From: the human T2T-CHM13v2.0 reference genome, Homo sapiens
Assembly: GCF_009914755.1 (NCBI RefSeq)
Contig: NC_060940.1
DNA length: 64,000 nucleotides
Strand: one strand, 5' to 3'
Within the stretch, counting starts at the first letter, position 1; each line of letters begins with the position of its first letter. The translations under genes and the position numbers were made by a program. A model generated the notes under the pieces. The model searched no databases. It was not told the DNA's origin and saw only the letters and a program-made list of their open reading frames with translations. Shown piece after piece: positions 12,901 through 27,109 of the stretch.

Positions 12901-15900
12901 ATTCGATGATTCCATTTGATTCCACTTGATGATGATTCCATTCGAGTCCATTTGATGATTCCATTCAATTCCATTCTCCGATGATTTCTTTTGAGCCCAT
13001 TCAATGCTTCCACTCGATTCCATATGATGATGACTCCATTCGATGAAATTCGATGATGATTCCATTCGCTTGCATTCGATGATGATTCCACTTGTGTCCA
13101 TTAGAAGATTCTATTCAATTACATTCCATGACGATTCCGTTCGAGTCCATTTGATGATTCCATTAGACTCCATTCGACGATGATTCCATTCGATGTTATT
13201 CGATGATTCCATTCGATCTCATTCGATGATGATTCCATTCAACTCCATTCGATGTTTCCATTCGAGTTCATTCTATTATTCCATTAGATTCCATTCGATG
13301 ATGATTCCATTCGATTCCATTTGATGATTGCATTCTATTTCATTTGATGATGATTCCATTCGAGTCCACTCGATGATTCCATTCGAGTCCATTTAATGAA
13401 TCCATTGGTTTCAATTCTATGATGATTACATTGGATTACATTCGTTGATGACTTCATTCGGTTCCATTCAATGATGATTCCATTCAATTCCTTTCAATGT
13501 TTCCATTCAATTCCATACGATGATGATTCCATTTGATTTGATTCGACAGTGAGCCATTCGATTCAATTCCATGATGATTCTATTTGATTCCATTGGTTGA
13601 CATTTCCATTCGATTCCATTCGATGATGATTCCCTTTGATTCCATTCAAAGATGATTCCATTCTAGCCCATTCAATCATTCCATTCGATTCTATTCAATG
13701 ATGATTCCATTCATGTCGATTTGGTGATTCCATTTGACTTCATTTGATGATGATTCCTTTCAAGTTCATTAGATGATTCCATTCGATTCCATTTGATGAT
13801 GATCCCATTCGAGTCCATTCAGTGATTCCACTCGTTTCCATTCCATGATGATTCCATTCCATTCCATTCAATGATTCCATTCGATTCCGTTTGATGATGA
13901 TTTCATTCGAGTCCATTTGATGATTCCATTGGATTCCATTCGATGATGATTCCATTCGAGTCCATTCGATGATTCTATTCGAATCCATTTGATGATTTCT
14001 TTTGATTATAGTTGGTGATGATTCCATTGGAGTCCATTCAATGATTCCATTCGATTCCAATCGATGGTGATTCCATTAGAGTCCATTTAACGATTCCATT
14101 TGATTCCAGTCTCTGATGATTACATTCGAGTCCATACGATGATTCCACTCAATTCCATATGATGATGATTCCATTCGATTCCATTCGATGATTCCATTCT
14201 ATTCTATTCAATGGTGATTCCATTCGAGTACATTAGATGATTCCATTCGATTCCATTCAATGATGATTCTATTTGTGTCCCTTAGATGATTCCACATGAT
14301 TCCATTAGATGATGATACTATTTGAGCCCATCCAATGATTCCCTTCGATTCCATTCGATGAGGATTCCATTCGATTCAATTCATTGGTGATTCTATTCAA
14401 TTCAATTCTTTGATTCCATTCCATTCCATTCGACAATGATTCCATTCGATTTCTTTCGATGATTCCACTCGATTCCACTTGACATTGATTCCCTTCGATT
14501 ACATTCAATGATTCCATTTGATTCCAGTGGATGATGATTGCCATCGATTCCATTCGATCACTCCATTCTATTCCATTTGATGATGATTACATTCGATTCC
14601 ATTTGACGATTCCATCTGATTCTATTCGAGGATTCCATTTGATTCCATTCGATGATGATTCCATTCGAGTCCATTCGATGATTTCATTCGAGTACATCCA
14701 ATGATTCCATTCGAGTCCATTTGATGATTCCATTTGATTCCATTTGATAATGATTCTACTAGAGTCCATTCAATGACTCCATTCGAGTCCATTCAACAAT
14801 TCCATTCGACTCCATTTGATGATTCCATTCGATTCCATTTGATGATTCCATTCGAGTCCATTTAATCATTACAGTCGAGTCCATTTGGTGATTCCACCGG
14901 ATTTCTTTTGATAATGATACCATTCAATTACATTTGATGATGATCCCATTCAATTTCATTTGATGGTGATTCCATTAGAGTCCATTCGATGATTTCATTC
15001 GAGTCCCTTCATTGATTCCATCCGATTTCATTGGATGATGACTCCATTCGAGTCCATTCGATGATTCCACTCGATTCCATTAGATGATTCCATTGGAGTC
15101 CATTTGATTGTTCCATTCGATTCCATTCGATTCCTTTCGAAGATTATTCCATTTGAGTCCATTCGATGATGATTCCATTCCATTCCATTCGATGATTCCG
15201 TTTGATTCCATTCGATGATTCCCTTCGATTCCTTTCTTTGATGATTCCATTCCATTCCATTCAATGATTCCATTCGAATCTATTCCATGATGATTCCTTT
15301 CGATTCCATTCGCTGATGTTTCCGTTCAATTCCATTCGATGATGATTCCATTCGATTCCATTCATTGAGGATTCCATTTGATTCCATTCAATGATGATTC
15401 CGTTCTATTCCATTCAATGATTGCATTCAATTCCATTCAATGATTATCCCCTTAGAGTAAACTCAACGATTCCATTCAATACCATTAGATGATGATTCCT
15501 TTTGAGTCCATTCAATGATTTCATTCAAGTCCATTTGATGATTCCTTTCAATTCCATTCTATGATGATTCCATTCGAGTCCATTCGATGATTCTATTCGA
15601 TTGCATTCGATGATTCCATTATATTCCAGTCAACGATGATTCCATTCGAGTCCATTCGATGATTCCATTAGAGTACATTTAATGATTGCTTTGTTTTCAA
15701 TTCGAAGATGATTACATTGGATTCCATTCTATGATACCATTCGATTCCATTCAATGATGATTCCACTCAAATCCATTGGATGATTCCATTCGTGTCCATT
15801 CGGTGATTTCATTAGATTCCATTCGAGGATGATTCCATTCGATTCCATTCGATGATTCCATTCAATTCCATTCGATGATGATTCCATTCCAGTCCATATG

Positions 15901-16095
15901 ATCATTCTATTTGATTTCATTCGATGATGATTCCATTCGATTCCATTCGATGATTCCATTCTATTCCATTCGATGATGATTCTATTCGAGTCCATTCGAT
16001 GATTCCATTCGAGTCCATTTAATGATTCCATTGGGTTCAATTCAATGATGATTACATTGGATTCCGTTCTATGATTCCATTCAATTCCGTTCATT
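9984..16095 (+). repeat. Canonical-length higher-order unit U2 (6,112 bp)
   Basis: Anchor at 9984 and 16096. ORF-track homologues 8916/15028 and 9617/15729 differ by 6112. Confidence 0.93.
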
Positions 16096-19000
16096 GACAA
16101 TTTGATTCCATTCGATGATGATTCCATTTGAGTTCATTCGATGATTCTATTCGATTCTCTTCGATGGTGATTCAATTCTATTATATTGGATGATTCCATT
16201 CGATTCCATTTGATGTTGATTCAATTCGATTCTATTCGATGATGATTCCATTGGATTTCACTTGATGATTCTATTCGATTCCATTCAATGATGATTCACT
16301 TCTCGTCCATTGGATGATTCCATTTCATTCCATTCGATGATGATTCCATTCGATTCCATTCGATGATTCCATTTGATTCCATGCGACGGTGAGCAATTCG
16401 ATTCAATTCCATGATGATTCTATTTGATTCAATTAGATGATGTTTCCATTCGAATCCATTCCATGATTATTCCATTGGAATCCATTTGGCGATGATTCCA
16501 TATGAGTCAATTCAATGATGATTCCATATGGGTCCGTTCGATGATAATTCCATTTGATTTCATTCAATGCTTCTATTCTATTCCAGTCGTTGATGATTCC
16601 GTTGGAGTCCATACGATGATTCCATTTGATTTCATTTGATGATGATTCCATTCGATGATGATTACATTGGATTCCATTCTATGATTCCATTCAATTCCAT
16701 TCGTTGATGATTCGATTCCATTCAATGATGATTCCATTTGAGTTCATTCGATGATTCTATTCGATTCCGTTCGAAGGTGATTCAATTCTATTATATTGGA
16801 TGATTCCACTCGATTCCATTTGATGATTATTCCATTGGAGTCCACTTAGTGAATCCTTTAGATTCTACTCGAAGATGATTCCATTCGAGTCCATTCAATG
16901 ATACCATTCAATTTCATTCGTTGATGCTTCCATTCAAGTGCATTCGATGATATCATTCGATTCCATTTGATGATAATTCCATTTGATTCCATGCGATGAT
17001 TCTATTCGATTCCATTCAATGATAATTCCATTCAATTCAGTGATTCCTCTGGACTCCATTTGATGATGATTCCATTCAATGATTCCATTCGATTCTATTC
17101 CAAAATGATTCCATTTGAATCCATTTGATGATGATTCCATTAGATTCCATTTGATGATTCCATTCGATTGCATTTGACGATGATTCCATTCGATTCCATT
17201 TGATGATTCCATTCTATTCTATTCGATGATGATTCCATTCGATTCCATTTGATGATGATTGGATTCGATTCCATTTGATGATTTCATTTGATTCCATTCG
17301 TTAATGATTTCGATCAACTCCATTCGATGATTCCATTTGATTCCATTCGATAATGATTACATCCGAGTCCATTCGATGATTCCATTTGAGCCCGTTCGAT
17401 AATTCCATTTGAGTCCAATCAATGATTCCATTCATTTCCATTCAATGATTCCATTCGAGTCCATTTGATCATTCTGGTAGGGTCCGTTCGATGTTGATTC
17501 CATTGGAGTGCATTCGATGATTCCATTCGAGTCCATTTTATGATTTGATTCGAGTCCTTTCGATGATTCCATTCGATTCCACTCGATGATGATTTCATTC
17601 GAGTCCATTCGACACTTCCAATCGATACCATTTGATGTTTCCATTCGAGTCCAATTGATGATTCCATTCAATTCCATTCGATGATGATTCCGTACGATTC
17701 CATTCTGTGATGATTCCATGTGATTGCATTCCATGATGATTCCTTTCGATTGCATTCGATTATGATTCATTTCGTGTTCATTCTATGGTTTCACAGGTTT
17801 CCATTCGATGACGTTTCCGTTCGTGTCCATTCCATTATTCCATTCTATTTCATTTGATGATGATTCCATTCGATTCCATTCATTGGTGATTCCACTCAAT
17901 TCCATTCAATGATTCCATTCCATTTCTTTCAACAATGATTCCATTAGTTTCTATTCGATGATCCAGTTGATTCCATTTGGCGATGATTCCATTCGTGTCC
18001 ATTCGATGATTCCATTTGATTCCATATGATGATGATTCCATTCGATTCCATACCATGATGATTCCATTCGGGTCCATTCAATGGTGATTCCATTTAATTC
18101 CATTCGATGATTCCTTCCGATTCCATTCGATGATGATGGCATTCGATTCCTTTCAATCATTCCCTTTGATTCCATTCAAAGGTGATTTCATTCAAGTCCA
18201 TTCGATAATTGCATTCGATTCCATTCTATGATGATTCCATTCGAGTCCATTTGATGATTCCATTCAGTTCAAGTAAATGATGATTCCATTCAATTCCACT
18301 CGATGATTCCATTGGATTCCATTCGATGATGATTCCATTCAAATCCATTCGATAATTCAATTCAAGTCCATTCGATGATGATTCCAATCGAATCCATTCA
18401 AAGATTCCATTCAATTCCATTCGATGATGATTCCCTTAGATTCCATTCGATGATTCCACTTGATTCCATTTACGATGATTCCATTCGATTCCATGTGATG
18501 AATCCATTCAATTCTATTCAATGATGTTTCCATTTGATTCCATTGGACCATGATTGCCTTTGATTCCATTCAATGATTCCATTCGGTTCCATTTGATGAT
18601 GATTCCGTTCGATTCCATTTCATTATTCCATTTGATTCCATTGGATGAGTCCATTCGATTACATTCGATGATTATTCCATTCGAGTGCATTAGATGATTG
18701 CATTCGAGTCCATTCGATGATTCCATTCGATTCCATTCGATGTTGATTCTGTTCAAATCCATTCGATGATTCCACTCAATTCCAATCGATGACTCCATTT
18801 GATCCCATTCGATGATTTCCTGTGATTCCCTTTGATGATCATTCTATTTGATTCAATTCGGTGATTTCATTTCATTCCATTCAGTGATGTTTCCATTCGA
18901 CTGTATTCGATGATGATTCCATTCGACTCCATTCGATTATGATTTCATTCAATTCCATTCAATAATGATTCCCTTCGAGTCCATTCGATGATTCCATTCG

Positions 19001-22000
19001 ATTCCATTCAACGATGATTTGATTCGTTTCCATTCGATGATTCCATTTGATTCCACTTGATGATGATTCCATTCGAGTCCATTTGATGATTCCATTCGAG
19101 TCTATTTATGTATTATATTCGTGTCCACTTCATGATTCCATTCAATTCCATTTAATGTTGATTCCATTTGATTCCATTTGATGATTCAGTTCGATTCCTT
19201 GCAATGATTCCCTACGATTCCTTTCTATGATGATTCCATTCGATTCCATTCATTGATGATTTCATTCGACTCCATTCGATGATGATTCCTTTCGATTCCA
19301 TTTGACGATGTTTCCATTCGAGTCCATTCGATGATGATTCTATTCAATTCTGTTCTATTATGATTCCATTCGATTTCATTCAATGCTTCTATTTGATTCC
19401 ATTCGATGATGATTCCATCTCTTTCCCTTCGATGATTCCATTTGATTCCATTCAGTGATGATTCCATTTGATTCCATCTGATGATGATTTCACTTGATTC
19501 CTTTCAATGATGATTCAATTCAAGTCCATTCGATGATTCCATTGGAGTCCAAACGATCATTCCGTTCGATTCCATTCAATGGTGATTCCATTCATGTCCA
19601 TTCGATGAATCCATTCAATTCCATTCGATGATGACTCCATTCGAGTACATTCGATGATTCCATTTGATTCCATTTGAAGATGATTCCATTCAATTCCATT
19701 CGAAGATGATTCCATTCAATTCCATTCGATGATGATTCCGTATGAATCCATTCTCTGATTATTCCATTCGATTCCATTCATTAACGATTCCATTCAATTC
19801 CATTCAATGATGATTCTCTTCTATTCCATTCGATGATTCCGGTCGATTCCATTCGATGATGATTCCATTAGATTCCATTCGATTGTTGCATTCGATTCCC
19901 TTCGATGATGATTCCTTTGAATTCCATTCGATTATCATTCCGTATGAATCCATTTGATGATTATTCCATTGGATTCCTTTCGATGATGATTCCATTCGAT
20001 TCCATTTGATGATGTTTCTCTTGTATTCCATTGGATAATTCCTTTCCGTTCCCTTCGATGATTATTCTTTCGAGTCAATTCGATGATTCTATTCCATTCC
20101 CTTCGATGATGATTCCATTTCACTCCATTGGATGATTCCATTCGACTCAATTTGGTGATGATTCAATTCGATGACATTCGATGACTCCATTCAATTTCAT
20201 TTGATGATGATTACATTCGAGTCCATTTGATGATTGTATTCCTTTCCTTTTGATGATTATTCCATTCGTGTCTATTCAAAGGTTCCATTCTATTCCATTC
20301 AATGATGATTGCATTTGATTCCATTCAATGATTATGGCTATCGATTCCACTCGTTGATTCCATTTGATTCCGTTCGATGATTATTCCGTTAGATTCCATT
20401 AGAAGATTCCATTCGATTTTATTCAATGATTCCAATGGATTCCATTCAATGATGATTCCATTCGACTCCATTCAGTGATTCCATTCGAGTCCATTTGATG
20501 ATCCCATTCTTTTCCATTTGATGATGATTCCATTAGGGTCCATTCAATGATTCCATTCGAGTCCATTCGTTAATGCCTTTCGAGTCCTTTTGATCACTAC
20601 ATTCGAGTCCATTCAATGATTCTATTCGATTCCATTCCATGATGATTCCATTCGAGTTCATTCGATGATTGCATTCGAGTCCATTTGATGATTCCATATG
20701 ATTCCCTTCGACAATGATTCCATTCGTGTCCATTTGATGATTCCATTCATTTCCTATCGATGAAGATTCCATTCAAGTGTATTCGATGATTCCATTCAAA
20801 TCCATTCGATGATGATTCCATTCCAGTCCATTCGATCATTCCACTTGATTCCATTTGATGACTATTCCATTCAAATCCATTTGATGATTCCATTCGATTC
20901 CATTCGATGTTACCATTCGAGTATATACGATGATTCCACTCGATTCCATTTGATGATTATTCCATTGGAGTCCACTTAGTGAATCCTTTAGATTCTACTG
21001 GAAGATGATTCCATTCGAGTCCATTCGATGATACCATTCAATTCCATTCGTTGATGCTTCCATTCAAGTGCATTCGATGATATCATTCGATTCCATTTGA
21101 TGATAATTCCATTTGATTCCATGCGATGATTCTATTCGATTCCATTCAATGATAATTCCATTCAATTCAGTGATTCCTCTGGACTCCATTTGATGATGAT
21201 TCCATTCAATGATTCCATTCGATTCTATTCGAAAATGATTCCATTTGAATCCATTTGATGATGATTCCATTGGATTCCATTTGATGATTCCATTCGATTC
21301 CATTCGATGATGATTCCATTCGATTCCTTTTGATGATTCCATTCTATTGTATTCGATGATGATTCCATTCGATTCCATTCGATGATGATTGGATTCGATT
21401 CCATTTGATGATTTCATTTGATTCCATTCGATAATGATTTCGATCAATTCCATTCGATGATTCCATTCGATTCCATTCGATAATGATTACATCCGAGTCC
21501 ATTCGATGATTCCATTTGAGCCCGTTCGATAATTCCATTTGAGTCCAATCAATGATTCCATTCATTTCCATTCAATGATTCCATTCGAGTCCATTTGATC
21601 ATTCCGGTAGGGTCCGTTCGATGTTGATTCCATTGGAGTGCATTCGATGATTCCATTCGAGTCCATTTTAGGATTTGATTCGAGTCCTTTCGATGATTCC
21701 ATTCGATTCCACTCGATGATTTCATTCGAGTCCATTCGACACTTCCAATCGATTCCATTTGATGATTCCATTCGAGTCCAATTGATGATTCCATTCAATT
21801 CCATTCGAGGATGATTCCGTACGATTCCATTCTGTGATGATTCCATGTGATTGCATTCAATGATGATTCCTTTCGATTGCATTCGATTATGATTCATTTC
21901 GTGTTCATTCTATGGTTCCACAGGTTTCCATTCGATGATGTTTCCATTCGTGTCCATTCCATTATTCCATTCTATTCCATTTGAAGATGATTCCATTCGA

Positions 22001-25000
22001 TTCCATTCATTGGTGATTCCACTCAATTCCATTCAATGATTCCATTCCATTTCTTTCAACAATGATTCCATTAGTTTCTATTCGATGATCCACTTGATTC
22101 CATTTGACGATGATTCCATTCGTGTCCATTCGATGATTCCATTTGATTCCATATGATGATGATTCCATTCGATTCCATACGATGATGATTCCATTCGAGT
22201 CCATTCAATGGTGATTCCATTCAATTCCATTCGATGATTCCTTTCGATTCCATTCAATGATGATGGCATTCGATTCCTTTCGATCATTCCCTTTGATTCC
22301 ATTCAAAGGTGATTTCATTCAAGTCCATTCGATAATTGCATTCGATTCCATTCTATGATGATTCCATTCGAGTCCATTTGATGATTCCATTCAATTCAAG
22401 TCAATGATGATTCCATTCGATTCCACTCGATGATTCCATTGGATTCCATTCGATGATGATTCCATTCAAATCCATTCGATAATTCAATTCAAGTCCATTC
22501 GATGATGATTCCAATCGAATCCATTCAAAGATTCCACTCAATTCCATTCGATGATGATTCCCTTAGATTCCATTCGATGATTCCACTTGATTCCATTTAC
22601 GATGATTCCATTCGATTCCATGTGATGATTCCATTCAATTCTATTCAATGATGTTTCCACTTGATTCCATTCGAACATGATTGCCTTTGATTCCATTCAA
22701 TGATTCCATACGGTTCCATTTGATGATGATTCCATTGGAGTGCATTAGATGATTCCATCCGAGTCCATTTGATGATTCCATTCGATTCCATTCGATGTTG
22801 ATTCTGTTCAAATGCATTCGATGATTCCACTCGATTCCATTCGATGACTCCATTTGATCCCATTCGATGATTTCCTTTGATTCCCTTTGATGATCATTCC
22901 ATTTGATTCAATTCGGTGATTTCATTTGATTCCATTCAGTGATGTTTCCATTCAACTCCTTTCGATGATGATTCCATTCGACTCCATTCGATTATGATTT
23001 CATTCAATTCCATTCGATAATGATTCCCTTCAAGTCCATTCGATGATTCCATTCGATTCCATTCAACGATGATTTGATTCGTGTCCATTCGATGATTCCA
23101 TTTGATTCCATTTGATGATGATTCCATTCGAGTCCCTTTGATGATTCCATTCAATTCCATTCTCCGATGATTTCTTTTGAGCCCATTCAATGCTTCCACT
23201 CGATTCCATATGATGATGACTCCATTTGATGAAATTCCATGATGATTCCATTCGCTTGCATTCGATGATGATTCCACTTGAGTCCGTTAGAAGATTCTAT
23301 TCAATTACATTCCATGACGATTCTGTTCGAGTCCATTTGATGATTCCATTAGACTCCATTCGACGATGATTCCATTCGATGTTATTCGATGATGATTCCA
23401 TTCAACTCCATTCGATGTTTCCATTCGAGGTCATTCTATTATTCCATTAGATTCCATTCGATGATGATTCCATTCGATTCCATTTGATGATTGCATTCTA
23501 TTTCATTTGATGATGATTCCATTCGAGTCCATTCGATGATTCCATTCGAGTCCATTTAATGAATCCATTGGTTTCAATTCTATGATGATTACATTGGATT
23601 CCATTCGTTGATGATTTCATTCGATTCCATTCAATGATGATTCCATTCAATTCCATTCAATGATTCCATTCAATTCCATACGATGATGATTCCATTTGAT
23701 TTGATTCGACAGTGAGCCATTCGATTCAATTCCATGATGATTCTATTTTATTCAATTGGTTGACATTTCCATTCGATTCCATTCGATGATGATTCCCTTT
23801 GATTCCATTCAAAGCTGATTCCATTCTAGCCCATTCAATCATTCCATTCGATTCTATTCAATGATGATTCCATTCATGTCGATTTGGTGATTCCATTTGA
23901 CTTCATTTGATGATGATTCTTTTCAAGTTCATTAGATGATTCCATTCGATTCCATTTGATGATGATCCCATTCGAGTCCATTTGATGATTCCACTCCTTT
24001 CCATTCCATGATGATTCCATTCCATTCCATTCAATGATTCCATTCGATTCCGTTTGATGATGATTTCATTCGAGTCCATTTGATGATTCCATTTGATTCC
24101 ATTCGATGATGATTACATTCGAGTCCATACGATGATTCCACTCAATTCCATATGATGATGATTCCATTCGATTCCATTCGATGATTCCACTTGATTCCAT
24201 TTACGATGATTCCATTCTATTCCATGTGATGATTCCATTCAGTTCTATTCAATGCTGTTTCCATTTGATTCCATTCGACCATGATTGCCTTTGATTCCAT
24301 TCAATGACTCCATTCGGTTCCTTTTGATGATGATTCCGTTCGATTCCATTTCATTATTCCATTTGATTCCATTGGATGAGTCCATTCGATTACATTCGAT
24401 GATTATTCCATTCGAGTGCATTAGATGATTCCATTCGAGTCCATTCGATGATTCCATTCGATTCCATTCGATGTTGATTCTGTTCAAATCCATTCGATGA
24501 TTACACTCGATTCCATTCGATGACTCCAGTTGATCCCATTCGATGATTTCCTTTGATTCCCTTTGATGATCATTCCATTTGATTCAATTCGGTGATTTCA
24601 TTTGATTCCATTCAGTGATGTTTCCATTCGACTCCATTCGATGATGATTCCATTCGACTCCATTCGATTATGATTTCATTCAATTCCATTCGATAATGAT
24701 TCCCTTCGAGTCCATTCGATGATTCCATTCGATTCCATTCAACGATGATTTGATTCGTGTCCATTCGATGATTCCATTTGATTCCACTTGATGATGATTC
24801 CATTCGAGTCCATTTGATGATTCCATTCAATTCCATTCTCCGATGATTTCTTTTGAGCCCATTCAATGCTTCCACTCGATTCCATATGATGATGACTCCA
24901 TTCGATGAAATTCGATGATGATTCCCTTTGATTCCATTCAAAGATGATTCCATTCTAGCCCATTCAATCATTCCATTCGATTCTATTCAATGATGATTCC

Positions 25001-27109
25001 ATTCATGTCGATTTGGTGATTCCATTTGACTTCATTTGATGATGATTCCTTTCAAGTTCATTAGATGATTCCATTAGATTCCATTTGATGATGATCCCAT
25101 TGGAGTCCATTCAGTGATTCCACTCGTTTCCATTCCATGATGATTCCATTCCATTCCATTCAATGATTCCATTCGATTCCGTTTGATGATGATTTCATTT
25201 GAGTCCATTTGATGATTCCATTTGATTCCATTCGATGATGATTACATTCGAGTCCATACGATGATTCCACTCAATTCCATATGATGATGATTCCATTCGA
25301 TTCCATTCGATGATTCCATTCTATTCTATTCAATGGTGATTCCATTCGAGTACATTAGATGATTCCATTCGATTCCATTCAATGATGATTCTATTTGTGT
25401 CCCTTAGATGGTTCCACATGATTCCATTTCATGATGATACTATTTGAGCCCATCCAATGATTCCCTTCGATTCCATTCGATGAGGATTCCATTCGATTCA
25501 ATTCATTGGTGATTCTATTCAATTCAATTCTTTGATTCCATTCCATTCCATTCGACAATGATTCCATTCGATTTCTTTCGATGATTCCACTCGATTCCAC
25601 TTGACATTGATTCCATTCGATTCCATTCAATGATTCCGTTTGATTCCAGTGGATGATGATTGCCATCGATTCCATTCGATCACTCCATTCTATTCCATTT
25701 GATGATGATTACATTCGATTCCATTTGATGATTCCATCTGATTCTATTCGAGGATTCCATTTGATTCCATTCGATGATGATTCCATTCGAGTGCATTCGA
25801 TGATTTCATTCGAGTACATCCAATGATTCCATTCGAGTCCATTTGATGATTCCATTTAATTCCATTTGATTATGATTCTACTAGAGTCCATTCAATGACT
25901 CCATTCGAATCCATTCAACAATTCCATTCGAGGCCATTCGATGATTCCATTTCATGATTCCATTCGAGTCCATTTAATCATTACAGTCGAGTCCATTTGG
26001 TGATTCCACTGGATTTCTTTTGATAATGATACCATTCAATTACATTTGATGATGATCCCATTCAATTTCATTTGATGGTGATTCCATTAGAGTCCATTCG
26101 ATGATTTCATTCGAGTCCCTTCATTGATTCCATCCGATTTCATTGGATGATGACTCCATTCGAGTCCATTCGATGATTCCACTCGATTCCATTAGATGAT
26201 TCCATTGGAGTCCATTTGATTGTTCCATTCGATTCTATTCGATTCCTTTCGAAGATTATTCCATTTGAGTCCATTCGATGATGATTCCATTCCATTCCAT
26301 TCGATGATTCCGTTTGATTCCATTCGATGATTCCCTTCGATTCCTTTCTTTGATGATTCCATTCCATTATATTCAATGATTCCATTCGAATCTATTCCAT
26401 GATGATTCCTTTCGATTCCATTCGCTGATGTTTCCGTTCAATTCCATTCGATGATGATTCCATTCGATTCCATTCATTGAGGATTCCATTTGATTCCATT
26501 CAATGATGATTCCATTCTATTCCATTCAATGATTGCATTCAATTCCATTCAATGATTATCCCATTAGAGTAAACTCAACGATTCCATTCAATACCATTCG
26601 ATGATGATTCCTTTTGAGTCCATTCAATGATTTCATTCAAGTCCATTTGATGATTCCTTTCAATTCCATTCTATGATGATTCCATTCGAGTCCATTCGAT
26701 GATTCCATTCGATTGCATTCGATGATTCCATTATATTCCAGTCAACGATGATTCCATTCGAGTCCATTCCATGATTCCATTAGAGTACATTTAATGATTG
26801 CTTTGTTTTCAATTCGAAGATGATTACATTGGATTCCATTCTATGATACCATTCGATTCCATTCAATGATGATTCCACTCAAATCCATTGGATGATTCCA
26901 TTCGTGTCCATTCGGTGATTTCATTAGATTCCATTCAAGGATGATTCCATTCGATTCCATTCGATGATTCCATTCAATTCCATTCGATGATGATTCCATT
27001 CTAGTCCATTCGATGATTCCATTCGAGTCCATTTAATGATTCCATTGGGTTCAATTCAATGATGATTACATTGGATTCCGTTCTATGATTCCATTCAATT
27101 CCGTTCATT
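16096..27109 (+). repeat. Composite higher-order unit U3 (11,014 bp) = U1 structure + 1,129-bp insertion - 98-bp deletion
   Basis: Offset to U1 is 16095 up to ~24180 (338/16433, 3130/19225, 6841/22936), then 17224 (8167/25391, 9617/26841), then 17126 (9984/27110). Confidence 0.9.
19098..20930 (+). repeat. Non-canonical HSat2 block X, copy 2 (full length)
   Basis: Same private motifs as copy 1 at constant offset 16095; GAATTC at 19919. Confidence 0.88.

Noticed and set aside
16096-24185. Assembly false duplication as the explanation for the 16,095-bp repeat
   Set aside because: The copies differ at many scattered positions and diverge structurally at ~24185. An artefact is unlikely, but only read support can exclude it.
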